DNA of 42,216 nucleotides from the NCBI GenBank assembly GCA_021463315.1, contig JAJTXO010000001.1, forward strand, positions 1 to 42,216, given 5' to 3'. A program made the translations under genes and the position numbers. The notes below the pieces were generated by a model. The model made no database searches. It had not been told where the DNA came from and was given only the letters and a program-made list of their open reading frames with translations. The stretch comes from Caldilineales bacterium. Its GTDB lineage: Bacteria > Chloroflexota > Anaerolineae > JAAEKA01. Below, piece after piece: positions 9,008 through 19,200 of the stretch. Positions within the stretch are counted from its first letter, which is position 1; each line of letters begins with the position of its first letter.

Positions 9008-10825
9008 CTACTTGATGTTATCGCGCTTGACCCAAGCGTCGATAACTGCCAACTTCCAGGTGCTCTGCCCGAAAGTGGTCTCGTCCGCCTTTTCTGTTTC
9101 CGTCAATGATCGTGCAAAGGAGATCGCTGGGGTAATCTGAGCCAATGTGCCGCAGTATTTATCGCCGTCATCTTCGGGCGACTTGTCTGGTTGGTAGACA
9201 CATACATCGACCGTACTGCTTGGATTCGTTAGTGTTTGGTTCGGCTCAGTTCCGGTAACGTTGTCGACAGGAACCCAGAGAACTACCCGCACTGACAGGA
9301 AGTCGGAGGCTGGTGTATCCTCGAGGAGCTCAACTGTGACGTCCGTAGGTAGTTCAGCAAGAACCTTCTGACCTGAATCATCTCCGAACAGAGGGACATT
9401 AGCTTCATCACTTGTATCGCCGCCTGATAAGCGCAGTTGTACTTGGCTGGTGCTTGAATCTTCGTCCGAGGATGATGTTGAGGCGTCGATAGTATCAGTC
9501 GCAGCGTCTCGAGCTACGTCCTCAACTTTGGCATCTAAAGGTTCGATGCTAATGGCCCCATCGCTGCCCTCTAACCAAGCCTTACTACCTCCCGAATCTC
9601 TGACCAGGTAGCATGGAATTCCCGCCTCATCGGTGCCGTACTCGTTGTAGCAAGGATGCGTTCCCAAGATCACAAAGCTACTGCCGCTCTTTTCTGCTGT
9701 CTGACTCACCCACTTGTCTTTTGCCATGACAGGTTCTGTGCGCAAATGCAGATCCTTAAGGGTTGTCGCCACCGGCAGAACTCGTACTTGAATGAATTGA
9801 GTAGCAGCTACCGAAGCACCGCTTACCTGCAGGGTATCATCCCCCTGGTTCTGAGAGGCGACCAGTTCGAGGGATGCCATGCCTTTTTCATCAGTGGTTA
9901 CGGTAGTACTACTGTTGCCGTCAAATGAAACAAATCCATTAACTGCGGCGATGTTTACCTCAGTGTTGGGTGCTGCTTCACCTTGTTGACGAGTGTCAAG
10001 GGTTATGGTCAAAGCCTGCCCAACTCCAATCTCAATCGTAGTGGAGTATCGCGGCGTCCAACCTACGGTTACATCAACGGGTTCTGGCGCCGGAGTTGGT
10101 GTTTCTGGCGTCGGCGAAGGTGTCACTTCCGGAGTTGGCGTTTGGGTCGGAGTCTGCTCCTGGGCCATGCCGCCGGGGCCAAAAGCAGGCATCTGGTGGC
10201 TCGCTTCGTCGTTCTGCATGGTGACACTTAGCGTCGCAGGCGGTGCTCCTGTTGCCGCGATATACAAGGCGGTCAACACGCCGTTGCGCACGATCGCTGT
10301 CCGGGGCGTGATGTCGCCAGACGTGACCGAGAAGTGCATTTCCAGGCCATCAGGCGCAGGGTTGCCGTCCTTGCCAATGATATGCACGGTGACGATGGCC
10401 TGGGTAGGGTCGCCTAATGCCGGCTGAACTTCACGCGTCTCGATGGAGAAGAGCCAGTGGCCAGTCGGTTGCTCTGCAATGGCTACCGGCGCAGGGGTTG
10501 CCGTCGGCGTCGGCGTCGGTTCAGGAGCGGGCAACACTGTTTGCATCAGCAGATAGCTGCCAATGAGCGATAGCAGTAGCAAAGCCACCGCGGTGATGCC
10601 GCCAAAGAGCAGCCCCTTCTTCTTGACCGAATTCCGCAGGTTGTCGATCTCCTCGTCGGTCTGAATGCGGGAGATGCGATCGTTGACTTCGGCTTCGATA
10701 GCGTCCAGGGACATGCCAGCCTCAACCAGTTGGTCCACGCTGGCTGCGTAGTCCTCGGGCTTGCTCTGGCTATGCATGGCGTATGCGATTTCGTCCAGGA
10801 TACGACGGCGTTCTCTTTCCTTCAC
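9008..10825 (-). CDS. Type-II membrane protein with two Big_1-like Ig domains, PT-rich linkers and acidic C-terminal region (605 aa)
   Basis: GTG start with GAGGAG 7 nt upstream. TM GLLFGGITAVALLLLSLIGSYLL. Invasin/intimin-like Ig patterns AIVTVHIIGKDGNPAPDGLEMHFSVTSGDITP and TEVNIAAVNGFVSFDGNSSTTVTTDEKGMASLELVAS. Linkers PEPTPTPTATPAP and TPTQTPTPEVTPSPTPETPTPAPEP. Confidence 0.75.
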   Translation of the reverse strand: MKERERRRILDEIAYAMHSQSKPEDYAASVDQLVEAGMSLDAIEAEVNDRISRIQTDEEIDNLRNSVKKKGLLFGGITAVALLLLSLIGSYLLMQTVLPAPEPTPTPTATPAPVAIAEQPTGHWLFSIETREVQPALGDPTQAIVTVHIIGKDGNPAPDGLEMHFSVTSGDITPRTAIVRNGVLTALYIAATGAPPATLSVTMQNDEASHQMPAFGPGGMAQEQTPTQTPTPEVTPSPTPETPTPAPEPVDVTVGWTPRYSTTIEIGVGQALTITLDTRQQGEAAPNTEVNIAAVNGFVSFDGNSSTTVTTDEKGMASLELVASQNQGDDTLQVSGASVAATQFIQVRVLPVATTLKDLHLRTEPVMAKDKWVSQTAEKSGSSFVILGTHPCYNEYGTDEAGIPCYLVRDSGGSKAWLEGSDGAISIEPLDAKVEDVARDAATDTIDASTSSSDEDSSTSQVQLRLSGGDTSDEANVPLFGDDSGQKVLAELPTDVTVELLEDTPASDFLSVRVVLWVPVDNVTGTEPNQTLTNPSSTVDVCVYQPDKSPEDDGDKYCGTLAQITPAISFARSLTETEKADETTFGQSTWKLAVIDAWVKRDNIK

Positions 10826-10896
10826 AGCACAACTCCTCGGTCTGGGTTCCGCCTTTTCAGGTGTTCAGTTTGGCAGGCACTGAATAGTTGCCACTA

Positions 10897-12354
10897 CTAT
10901 TCACGCTCTGCTTTAGTCTGCAGGCCGATTTTGCCTTTGCAGATGTCGTCGATGTAGCGACGCTTCATGCCTTGAGCAGGCCCGGCAGGTTGCGGCAACT
11001 TTGGAGACAGCTCGGAGGCTCCGTCAATGGCCTTCCTTTTGAGGTCATTCGGGACTTCGCTGAGATCGCTGGGGATTTTACGCCGGACTTCTTCAATCGA
11101 CTCCAACGCGTCATACATCTGTTGAGGCTCAGATTGAATGGCTCTGTCCATCATCTCGATCAGCCTTTGGAGGGCAATCTCCGGTTCTGAAGGTTGTTTG
11201 GCTTTGTCGAGACGGGTCCCAAGTTCCTTCAATTGTTGCGACCAGCGGTCTTTGTCGTCGCAGAGTGGAACGGCAAGGGCCATTCCACTCAGGACTTCCG
11301 CTGCCTTATCATAAGCCTTCTCGGCCATGAACTGCTCGAATTGCCGATTGTGCTCTTCCAAGCTGCCTGTTGCATTTGACCTCAATTGGTTCCAGGCAGT
11401 GTCGATCTGTTTGAGAAGATCTTTGTCCGAGTTCTGCACCAGGCCTTGCGCTTCACGCAAGGCTGATGATCTTTTTTCAAGTCCCAATCCCGTGGCTGTT
11501 GCCCGCTCCAGCAAGTGCTGAACTCGTATTTCAATTACCTTGTTGGCGACTGACATCTCATGGCGATGCCAAAAATCATCAAGTAAGTCATCAGGAATCG
11601 GGAAGTGCGTTGGTGACAAAGGCAGTAACTGCCGAATGCTGCTGAGCGCTGCTTCTCGGTCTTCAAGGAACTTGGCATCACGCCAGTCACTGGCCAGTTG
11701 CGCAACCTCCTGACGAGTGTGTTGAGTCTGAAGATCGTGAACGGCCCGAAGCATGTCCTGGTTGCATTTCTCCAGCTCATCTCTTGCGGTCTGCTGTTCC
11801 GGAGGTGGTTCTTCTATTTCCTTGACGATTTCGACAACCTCTGCCCAGAGCTTGTGAGCTTTTAGAAGCGGAAGAGCTCGCACGAACGGAAAGTCACGCG
11901 CCTGCTCTGCCAGCGCCATGTGCTCGCGAGCTCTAGCTTCTCGCTCGCCGACAAGCCCTTGGCGTACGTTTGCCTGAACGGTTCTGGATTCTTCGGCCAT
12001 CGCTCTAAGCTGATTGATCTTACTGTCTTCATTGGCGAGAGCCTCATCCTGGCTCCAGGCATCCAGCTTTCCCGCCAGAGGCACAATTTCGCGGTAGTCA
12101 TCATCGCTGTTGCGCTGTGCGATCTGGCTGATTTGATCTCGGACCTTGGTAGCAAGCTTCAGCCACTTAGCCAACAGATACTCCCTTATGGCCTGAAGCT
12201 CCTCGCTGACGGCCGAGGCCTCTTGCAGACCAGTCTTCGGGTGTAGCTCGATCTGTTCGTTGATTTCCTGCAGCCCCTTTCTGATCTCCAAGACGATTTC
12301 GTCCAATCGAGCTTCCGCAGAATTCTTGATTATTGGCGCAGAAGTTATCGTCAT
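10897..12354 (-). CDS. Coiled-coil/helical cytoplasmic protein, unknown function (485 aa)
   Basis: I place the start at the ATG at 12352-12354 (MTITSAPII...). It lies 5 nt after the upstream stop with GGAGAG about 9 nt upstream; the longer ORF-track start would overlap the upstream gene by 124 nt. Charged, heptad-like composition. No TM. Confidence 0.7.
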   Translation of the reverse strand: MTITSAPIIKNSAEARLDEIVLEIRKGLQEINEQIELHPKTGLQEASAVSEELQAIREYLLAKWLKLATKVRDQISQIAQRNSDDDYREIVPLAGKLDAWSQDEALANEDSKINQLRAMAEESRTVQANVRQGLVGEREARAREHMALAEQARDFPFVRALPLLKAHKLWAEVVEIVKEIEEPPPEQQTARDELEKCNQDMLRAVHDLQTQHTRQEVAQLASDWRDAKFLEDREAALSSIRQLLPLSPTHFPIPDDLLDDFWHRHEMSVANKVIEIRVQHLLERATATGLGLEKRSSALREAQGLVQNSDKDLLKQIDTAWNQLRSNATGSLEEHNRQFEQFMAEKAYDKAAEVLSGMALAVPLCDDKDRWSQQLKELGTRLDKAKQPSEPEIALQRLIEMMDRAIQSEPQQMYDALESIEEVRRKIPSDLSEVPNDLKRKAIDGASELSPKLPQPAGPAQGMKRRYIDDICKGKIGLQTKAERE

Positions 12355-12359
12355 AGCAT

Positions 12360-15227
12360 TCACTCTCCATCGGCAAACGCCGCGTTTGCCGGCGACCACA
12401 ACTGATTGATCCAATCGTCGAGTTGTGTCAGGCGTTTGCCTTGAGCCAGCAAGACCTGTTTGCTTTCTATGACGTAGTCCCAATCCTCAACCAAGCCACT
12501 CTCTTTTAGCTTCAGACCCGCGCTCTTGGCCCTAATGAGCAGTTCCTTGGCCCTTACTCCATCATCGTCTCGTCGCGCACCGTCGAAATCGGCTTGGAGC
12601 GCCATGATTTGTTGAGCCTTGGCGGCCAAGGCAGCAAGCTTTTCCGCCAACGATTGCCCTGGTGATGCAACAGATGGTGATTGGTCCTTTGCTTCGAACA
12701 ATGCCAGAAGACGAGCGGACTGGTAGAACGGCGCTGCGCCAGCCAGTTCTTCGATGCTGTGTGGCGCAGGGCCGCGTTTTTGATCTCCCCGGCCTTCTTG
12801 GTCCTGCGCCATTTGCCTGAGTGCAGTCGGTATCTGGTCGCTGGTCTCTCGCTGACAGGCGATGACCGAAGAGAGAAGCCGGTCCAACTCTGCCAGCGAC
12901 GCATTCTGATCTAAAGCGGTCTTCAGCTGCTTCAACACGTTGTCCCTCAGAGCCTCGTGCTTGTTGTGGATCACTTCGTCCCACTTGCCGATCAGGGCGT
13001 TAAACGACTCCAGGCTGTCGCCGAAGTCTGCAACTTGGGTCACCGCCCTTGCATGGTCACACGTCAGCCGGGCTTGCTGCAACACCAGCAACGACTGGTC
13101 GGGTTGGCTGGCGGCCTCAACAGCTTGCACATCACGCCAGGCGGTCAGCACCCGGTGCATCCAGAAGGCCAGGGGATGAAAGGTGCGATGAGCAAGGGGT
13201 TCTTTCAGGGCCGCAGCGTCATTCAACGGGCCAGCCAGTCTGCTCAATGCAGTATCCAGGACGCCTGAATTGGCGCGCTCAATGGCAACCATCGCTGCTT
13301 CCTGCAACTTCGTCTGAGCATTGATTGGACTAATCAGCCTTTTCTTCTGTTCTGCCGTCTTTGTCCAATCGATCGCTACACTGCGCCAGAAGTCACTGCC
13401 AGCGGAAGCAGAGTTCAGACCGTTATTCTCCTGACTAGCGCTGGGAAACCTCAAGGCCGCTTCAGAGAAGCGGGCCTGAGCCATCAGCTGATTGACCGAT
13501 CTGAAAGCCCGACGGACGTCGATCTCGCGACGCAGCATTCGAACTCCAGAGTCGTCCAGGACAGGACAAGCGTCATTCGACCAGTTCAGCCAGGTGCTGG
13601 CTGCATCCAAGCCACTGTCAGCCTCAAGATAGCCCGCGGCCTGGATCAGATCCTCAACCGTCTGTGAAGACGGATTGGAGCCGTCTTCCAAGGCAGCCAG
13701 GCACGCCTGGGCCACAACCGCCAGTCGCGCCATTCTGGCTCGGTCCTGGTCATCGGCAGGCGAACTGCTAGCCACGCGCAACTGCTCGGCAGCCTCGCTA
13801 AAGCGCGTCCCACGTAGAGACCGGTACACGTCGGCCAACGGATCGGCCAGCGCCGCCCCGTTTCTGCCAGGCAGAGCATTTCTGATTTCAACAGCGCCAG
13901 TTGTTCCACTGGACTGCGACGCACCAGGCATCGGCTGCGCTGGAAGCTCTATCCCCTGCACAGGTTCTTCGAGAGCGGCTGTTGCTTCGCCCGTCGTGAC
14001 TGCCTCTTCAGGATGTGCATCCGTCGCTGGACTTACTGCACCGGTCAAAGATTCGATCTGCTTCAGGATGGACTGGTGAAGTTGGACACGCGCTTCAAGG
14101 TCTTGGACAACCTCACTTCCAATGACCGCAGGTTCCTCAACAAACGGGGCGATCTCTGTCGAGCTACTCTTAAGCGCCGCAAGCCGCGTCTCTTGCCATG
14201 CTCGCAGCAGGCTCAGTTGTTGCCGTAGGGTCGTAGTTGCCCCGAGATACTTCATTGAGTCTCGGATCTGCTGGCAGGCGCGCTCCAGAGTCTCAAGATT
14301 TTCTTGGGCGATAGCAATGGTCAGGCGCAGAGCGAAGACGGCCTGCATGTCCGCCTGAGATACGGCCATCCACTCGTCACCGACCACGCGTTGGAGGTCG
14401 GCGCGGAGCGCGACTTCGCCTATGCCATCCGAAGCCGACTCAGAAAGAAGCTGACTCACCATCTGGCGCTGTGGATCATTCAGCCACGCTGTCAGTTGGT
14501 TCAGCGCTGGAATGGGATCATGGGAGCTTCGCAGGATGGCCTCTTGCAAGGCAGGCCAACGCGGCAAGAAACCAGCCAGCCTTTCCAGAATGGGAAGGAT
14601 GGGGCCTTGCCCTTCGGTCCATCGCGCGGCGATCGCCAACGCTCGCTCTGCGCCAGCCCCATCGCCGACCTGAGCCAGTGTAATGGCGGCCTGAGCCAGT
14701 TGCAGCGGCTCCGTCTGGGTAGCATGGTCGCGATACGCCTCCTCCATGCATGCGGTCAGATTGGGATACAAGGTCGCCAGATCATGCCATTCGTGTTGGA
14801 CCTCGCGCTCCGAATCCGGCGCCGGCTGGAGTCGCTGCTCCATGGCGCGTCGCGCTTCCTCTGCTTTCCTGTACTTCTGGGCTGCGTCGAAGAAATGGCC
14901 GGTGTGCGAGAGTGACTTGGCGTCACCAATCAGAAGATGCACCTGCATATCCACGTCGAGACATGCCAGCCTTAACGTCTGCGCTTGGTCGTCTCCGCCG
15001 AGCGACGAAACCTGTTGGCGAGCTGCCTCTATCAGGTCGGAATCGTCAAGCCGCAAGTTCTTGAGCGCTACAAGCAATTCGCGCGGCGGTAATTGCTCGA
15101 CAGCCGCATAGGCTTTGGCCACCAGTAAGAAACGTGCAGCTTCAGCGCGCATGGAATCGTCGTCCCAGAATTCGAGGCGCGCCTCCTCAAGCTGTTCGAT
15201 GATGGCAAGAAGGGGGCTATCAGCCAT
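12360..15227 (-). CDS. Large helical-repeat (TPR-like) protein, unknown function (955 aa)
   Basis: The ATG at 15225-15227 overlaps the kinase-fold gene stop by 8 nt (ATGGCTGA). Ala/Leu/Glu/Arg-rich and helix-prone throughout. No TM. Confidence 0.75.
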   Translation of the reverse strand: MADSPLLAIIEQLEEARLEFWDDDSMRAEAARFLLVAKAYAAVEQLPPRELLVALKNLRLDDSDLIEAARQQVSSLGGDDQAQTLRLACLDVDMQVHLLIGDAKSLSHTGHFFDAAQKYRKAEEARRAMEQRLQPAPDSEREVQHEWHDLATLYPNLTACMEEAYRDHATQTEPLQLAQAAITLAQVGDGAGAERALAIAARWTEGQGPILPILERLAGFLPRWPALQEAILRSSHDPIPALNQLTAWLNDPQRQMVSQLLSESASDGIGEVALRADLQRVVGDEWMAVSQADMQAVFALRLTIAIAQENLETLERACQQIRDSMKYLGATTTLRQQLSLLRAWQETRLAALKSSSTEIAPFVEEPAVIGSEVVQDLEARVQLHQSILKQIESLTGAVSPATDAHPEEAVTTGEATAALEEPVQGIELPAQPMPGASQSSGTTGAVEIRNALPGRNGAALADPLADVYRSLRGTRFSEAAEQLRVASSSPADDQDRARMARLAVVAQACLAALEDGSNPSSQTVEDLIQAAGYLEADSGLDAASTWLNWSNDACPVLDDSGVRMLRREIDVRRAFRSVNQLMAQARFSEAALRFPSASQENNGLNSASAGSDFWRSVAIDWTKTAEQKKRLISPINAQTKLQEAAMVAIERANSGVLDTALSRLAGPLNDAAALKEPLAHRTFHPLAFWMHRVLTAWRDVQAVEAASQPDQSLLVLQQARLTCDHARAVTQVADFGDSLESFNALIGKWDEVIHNKHEALRDNVLKQLKTALDQNASLAELDRLLSSVIACQRETSDQIPTALRQMAQDQEGRGDQKRGPAPHSIEELAGAAPFYQSARLLALFEAKDQSPSVASPGQSLAEKLAALAAKAQQIMALQADFDGARRDDDGVRAKELLIRAKSAGLKLKESGLVEDWDYVIESKQVLLAQGKRLTQLDDWINQLWSPANAAFADGE

Positions 15228-16260
15228 GAGTCACCCCCAGTGCGACAAATCTATCTACCAGAGCACGGAAGTTGTCGAGACGCTCGCTTTGCTTCTCCGT
15301 ATCCAGCGCCTTGATCTTCGCATCCATTTCATCGGCCTTGTATCCGCGGCGTCGAACCATGTCCAGGAAGGCAATCGAAAACTGCTCGGCAGCGCTTCCC
15401 TCGATCCGCGAAACTAACTCGGCGGATGGCGCCTGCCATAGACCTAGCTGCTCCATTAGGTCTTTTTTGAGCGCCTCAGCGGACTGGTATTGCTTCTGCG
15501 GCACCGGGTGCAGCGAGCGTTCCAGAATCGACTGCGTACCTCGACTAAGCTTCTGCCATTCTGGTCGAGCGTCCAGGCGGACAACACGCTCGTTGCCCAC
15601 GTTGACATAGCTTGGCGCATGGCCGACCAGGAACTCGTACCAGAAGCTGCCAAAGCGCAAGAAATCGTTGGCAATGCCTGTCGTGCCGCGACCCACCACA
15701 TTCCAGTCCAAGACGATCAGCGGGCCAGCGTCGCCATTGCGCCAATAGATATCGTCGATCTTGCGGTCGCTGGCTGTGTAGCCAGCCGCATGCAGTACCT
15801 GCAACATCTCGGCATACTGGATGGCAGTCCTCAAGCCGAATGACTCTTCCAGCACGTGCTTTGGTTGAGCGACAGCCAGATCGATGAGCTTGTTTACCTG
15901 GACTAACTCCATGATCACCATCGAGTAACTGTTGCCGTCGCTTGTCGGGTACTCGGGCACGAACCTGAGGGGCTCAGGAAAGTAGGACACGGCAAAATTC
16001 TCGACATCTCCCTGCTGCGCCAGGCGCTGTGCGGTGGCGCGCAGCGTTTCGAGAGTATTGAACTCGCTGCGGAAGCTCTCTGCCATGGTCTCGTCCAGAT
16101 CATGGCTTGCGATCTTGACGGCAACTGCGCTGTTGTCGGGCAACTCGCCGCGGAAGACCTGTGAGAGCCGGCCGCTGCCAAGTCGCGCTGCCAGCCTTAC
16201 CTGGCCGAAGCCATCCAAGATGAAGGTGCGTCCTTCCAAGTTAGCCGGTGATGTCGCCAT
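15220..16260 (-). CDS. Hanks-type protein kinase-fold protein, possibly active atypical Ser/Thr kinase (346 aa)
   Basis: Gly-rich loop LGSGRLSQVF. VAVK lysine (K49, codon 16114-16116). Catalytic-loop-like SDRKIDDIYW (D165/K167). DWN in place of DFG (aa 185-187). The start is 6 nt after the stop of the 1831-aa gene. Confidence 0.8.
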   Translation of the reverse strand: MATSPANLEGRTFILDGFGQVRLAARLGSGRLSQVFRGELPDNSAVAVKIASHDLDETMAESFRSEFNTLETLRATAQRLAQQGDVENFAVSYFPEPLRFVPEYPTSDGNSYSMVIMELVQVNKLIDLAVAQPKHVLEESFGLRTAIQYAEMLQVLHAAGYTASDRKIDDIYWRNGDAGPLIVLDWNVVGRGTTGIANDFLRFGSFWYEFLVGHAPSYVNVGNERVVRLDARPEWQKLSRGTQSILERSLHPVPQKQYQSAEALKKDLMEQLGLWQAPSAELVSRIEGSAAEQFSIAFLDMVRRRGYKADEMDAKIKALDTEKQSERLDNFRALVDRFVALGVTHG

Positions 16261-16266
16261 GGCGGC

Positions 16267-19200
16267 TTACCTCGTGTTTTCCTGCAGCAGGATGTCGCGC
16301 ACGACGAGTCGGGCAAACGATAGAAAGTCCTGCACGCCGAGACCGGTCGGCCGATCGCTCAAGTCCCTCGGTTGCTCCTGCAAAAACTGCTGCAAACGAT
16401 CCTGACTGTCGCTCAACACAAGCTTGATATCGGCATCGAGTCGCTGCATCAGTTCAAGGTGGCCGAACCGGTTGCCGGCCCCTTGCGAATTGCCGCCGAT
16501 CACAAACTCCTGCAGGGCTTCTATCAGGGGATCGACCATCTGGAACTGCGACGGCTGCTCAGGCAACCAGTAGGTTGCACTGTCACCCGGGAAGCTCAAG
16601 CCATAGCGGTATTGGTTATCCTGGTAACCGCGCACCACCATGCCACACGCATACGCCTGGGCGAACAAGCGCGCTCGCCCCAGGTCGTGCAAGCCGGCAA
16701 CGAACAGGGGATGGAACAGGCGAGGCGGCTCGCGCAGCTCCCACAGCCGGCTCTCATAGGCCAATGTGTTGACCTCTGCCGCGAATACCTGCACGGGCTC
16801 GGGGCGCGTCTCACCTGACCGGTGATCGGCGCCGCTGATCAGCCCGTGGACACGCAGGTACTCCTCGCTGGTTCGGCTATAGCAGGTCAGTGCAGGCAAG
16901 GGGAGCACGTCGAAGAACGCAATCAGGCCGGCAGCGTAAGGATCGGTTGCCCGAACCTCGCGCACCGTGCCGCCGCCCGGCGCCGAGGCCGTGATACGTC
17001 TGGCAACCTCTTGGCCGGAACGCACCTCTGCACTGGTCCAGAGCAGGCGCTGCAACTGAACGCGCGGGGCCTCGTTGGTCCGGAAGGTCAACGGTGGCTC
17101 GGCATGCGGCCACAGTCGATTGCTTTCACCAGCCACCCTATCGCTGCGCCACAAGTCGTGGTCGAGACGCTCGGCCAGGCGTTCACGCCACACCTCTTGT
17201 CCCAGCGCGTCGGCCAGCTCCTGCAACGCCTGGAGGAAGGCCGTGCCGCCAGAGGCGTCGGAGACGAAAACGCGGTCTTCCCAGTGCCGCACTACCAATT
17301 CCAGCCCACCTTGCTCGCGCGTGCGCCAGAAGATGCGTTCCAGCGCCGGTTCCAGATGTTGAGCGTAAAAGTCCATGTACAGGCTGTTGACCAGATCGTC
17401 GTCGGCAAAGGCCTTGCGAGAGACTACGGCTCGCATCTCCTCACGCGCTCGCTGCAGAGCAGCTTCTGTCGCCACCAAGCGTCGATACACTCCGCCGCTG
17501 TCGGGATCGGCGGCGACGGGCGCACGGAGCAGGAATTCCTCGCCTGCGGTTAGGTTCTGGCGCAGCCGCGCTGTCACAGCGGCGCAATGCTCGGCGCAAG
17601 TCGTGAGCAGATCAGCGAATACCATTTTGCCCGCGCCCACGGTATCGCGATGGCCCTGCACGCGGCGCTTGCCTTCGGCCAGCAATCGCTCGACCTCGGC
17701 CAGGAACTCGCTGGCGTAGCGGATCTTGCCGCTGCGGGCCTCGACCACATCGAAAGTCTCGGGCCGGCCGTTCAAGAGCCGCAGAACGCCCGGCGTCAAC
17801 CATTGTTCGAAGGCCTTGGCGCTTTCGGTCGCATAGCGGTCGCGCCCCTGGTTTTCCGCTGTTTGCATCAGCTCGCGGGCGCGGCGGTCATTGTGCGTCG
17901 ACCAGCCTTGCAGAGCCGTCTCCACCAGCAACGCAACCGGATCGCCAGCTCCTGGTAGAGCTTGCCGCGCCAACAGCGCCGGCGGTTGATCCTTGTGCTC
18001 CAGGTCGTGGCGAACGTCCAGCGATAGCGTGGCGCCATAGGCGTCACTGGCCTGTGCGGCGGCCGCATTGCGCCCTACCAGCCACAACTGCACTAATTCA
18101 CGGGCAAAGCGCACGTTGCAGGCTTTCACCAGATCCGCCAACGGCAGGCGATAAGTGGAGCAGCCTAATCCGCTGACCACGCCAACCTTGCGCTGAATCT
18201 GCTCATCGGCAGTTGTTGTGCGGGTGTTGTCACGATACTGTGCCAGCACACTGCCCGGCTCGCTGGCGCCTTTGTCTATCAGCACTTGCAACGCGTCGGC
18301 CATCATCGGGAATGTTCCTACCTGAGGACGGTACAGACACAGGTCATGTTGGTCACGATGGCCATCGAAGATGAAGCAATCGTCCAGTAGGCTTTGGGTG
18401 AGCATGTGGTCCCCCAGATCATCCCGGCTGCCGGCCCGGTACTGCATGGGGAAGGGGCGATTCTGCGCCAAAAGGAAGCGATTGATCTCGCGCAGGGCTG
18501 CCAGGGTATTGACGCGCATCTGCGGCGTGCGTCCGACCTCGGCGAAAGGATCCTCGGTAGCCAACAGCGCACTGACCGTAGCGCCTTTCAGTCCGGCGCG
18601 CTGGGCTGCCAGCCGCGCCAGATAGGCGACATCGGCCAGAGCCCCGCTGCCGAAGCCGCCGCCCAGCGACCCCACGATCAAAATCTGCGCGTGGTCAGCG
18701 CGGGCGACGGCTTGCAGCGCGCTCGACAGTTGGCGCCAGAGCTTGGACGCCTGCTCCCCCTGCTGAATATCACGAAATACCACAGCACGACCGATCGGCC
18801 GTCGTTGCCCTGTGCTCTGCCGAGCATCCTGCTCGACCGGCCTCAAGCGCCGGCTGTAGTCTTGGGCAGGGAACCAGCCGGCCATCTCTGATTCCTGTCC
18901 TGCAACAGCCCGCTGGATTACTGAACCAATGTCCTCGCCCAGCACGAGAACCTCGCTGTCGCTTAGTTGAACGCCGGCGAAGCGCACCGCAACGTTCTGC
19001 CCGCCCGCCCATTCTTCACGGTTGGAGTCCAGACACAAGAGACGCACCGGGCCTTCCAGTCGTCCTGCCGAAGCCATCGACAGGTTATGCTTGAGGTGTG
19101 TGAGCACCCAGCGCCCTGCGCCGCCCAAGCCCAGGACAACTGTTGGGGTCGCTTCCCACTCAACCTTGGGGCCAGCCCAGACATCGAGGAAGGGTGGCGG

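Noticed and set aside
12355-12483. N-terminal extensions given by the ORF track for several genes (10897..12483, 28371..29387, 29279..33820, 37090..39294, 40077..40943, 39626..40093, 40903..41988).
   Set aside because: The extensions overlap the upstream gene or lack a ribosome-binding site. Internal ATG codons with GGAG-type sites, or with ATGA/ATGGCTGA coupling, give compact non-overlapping models. The chosen starts remain predictions.
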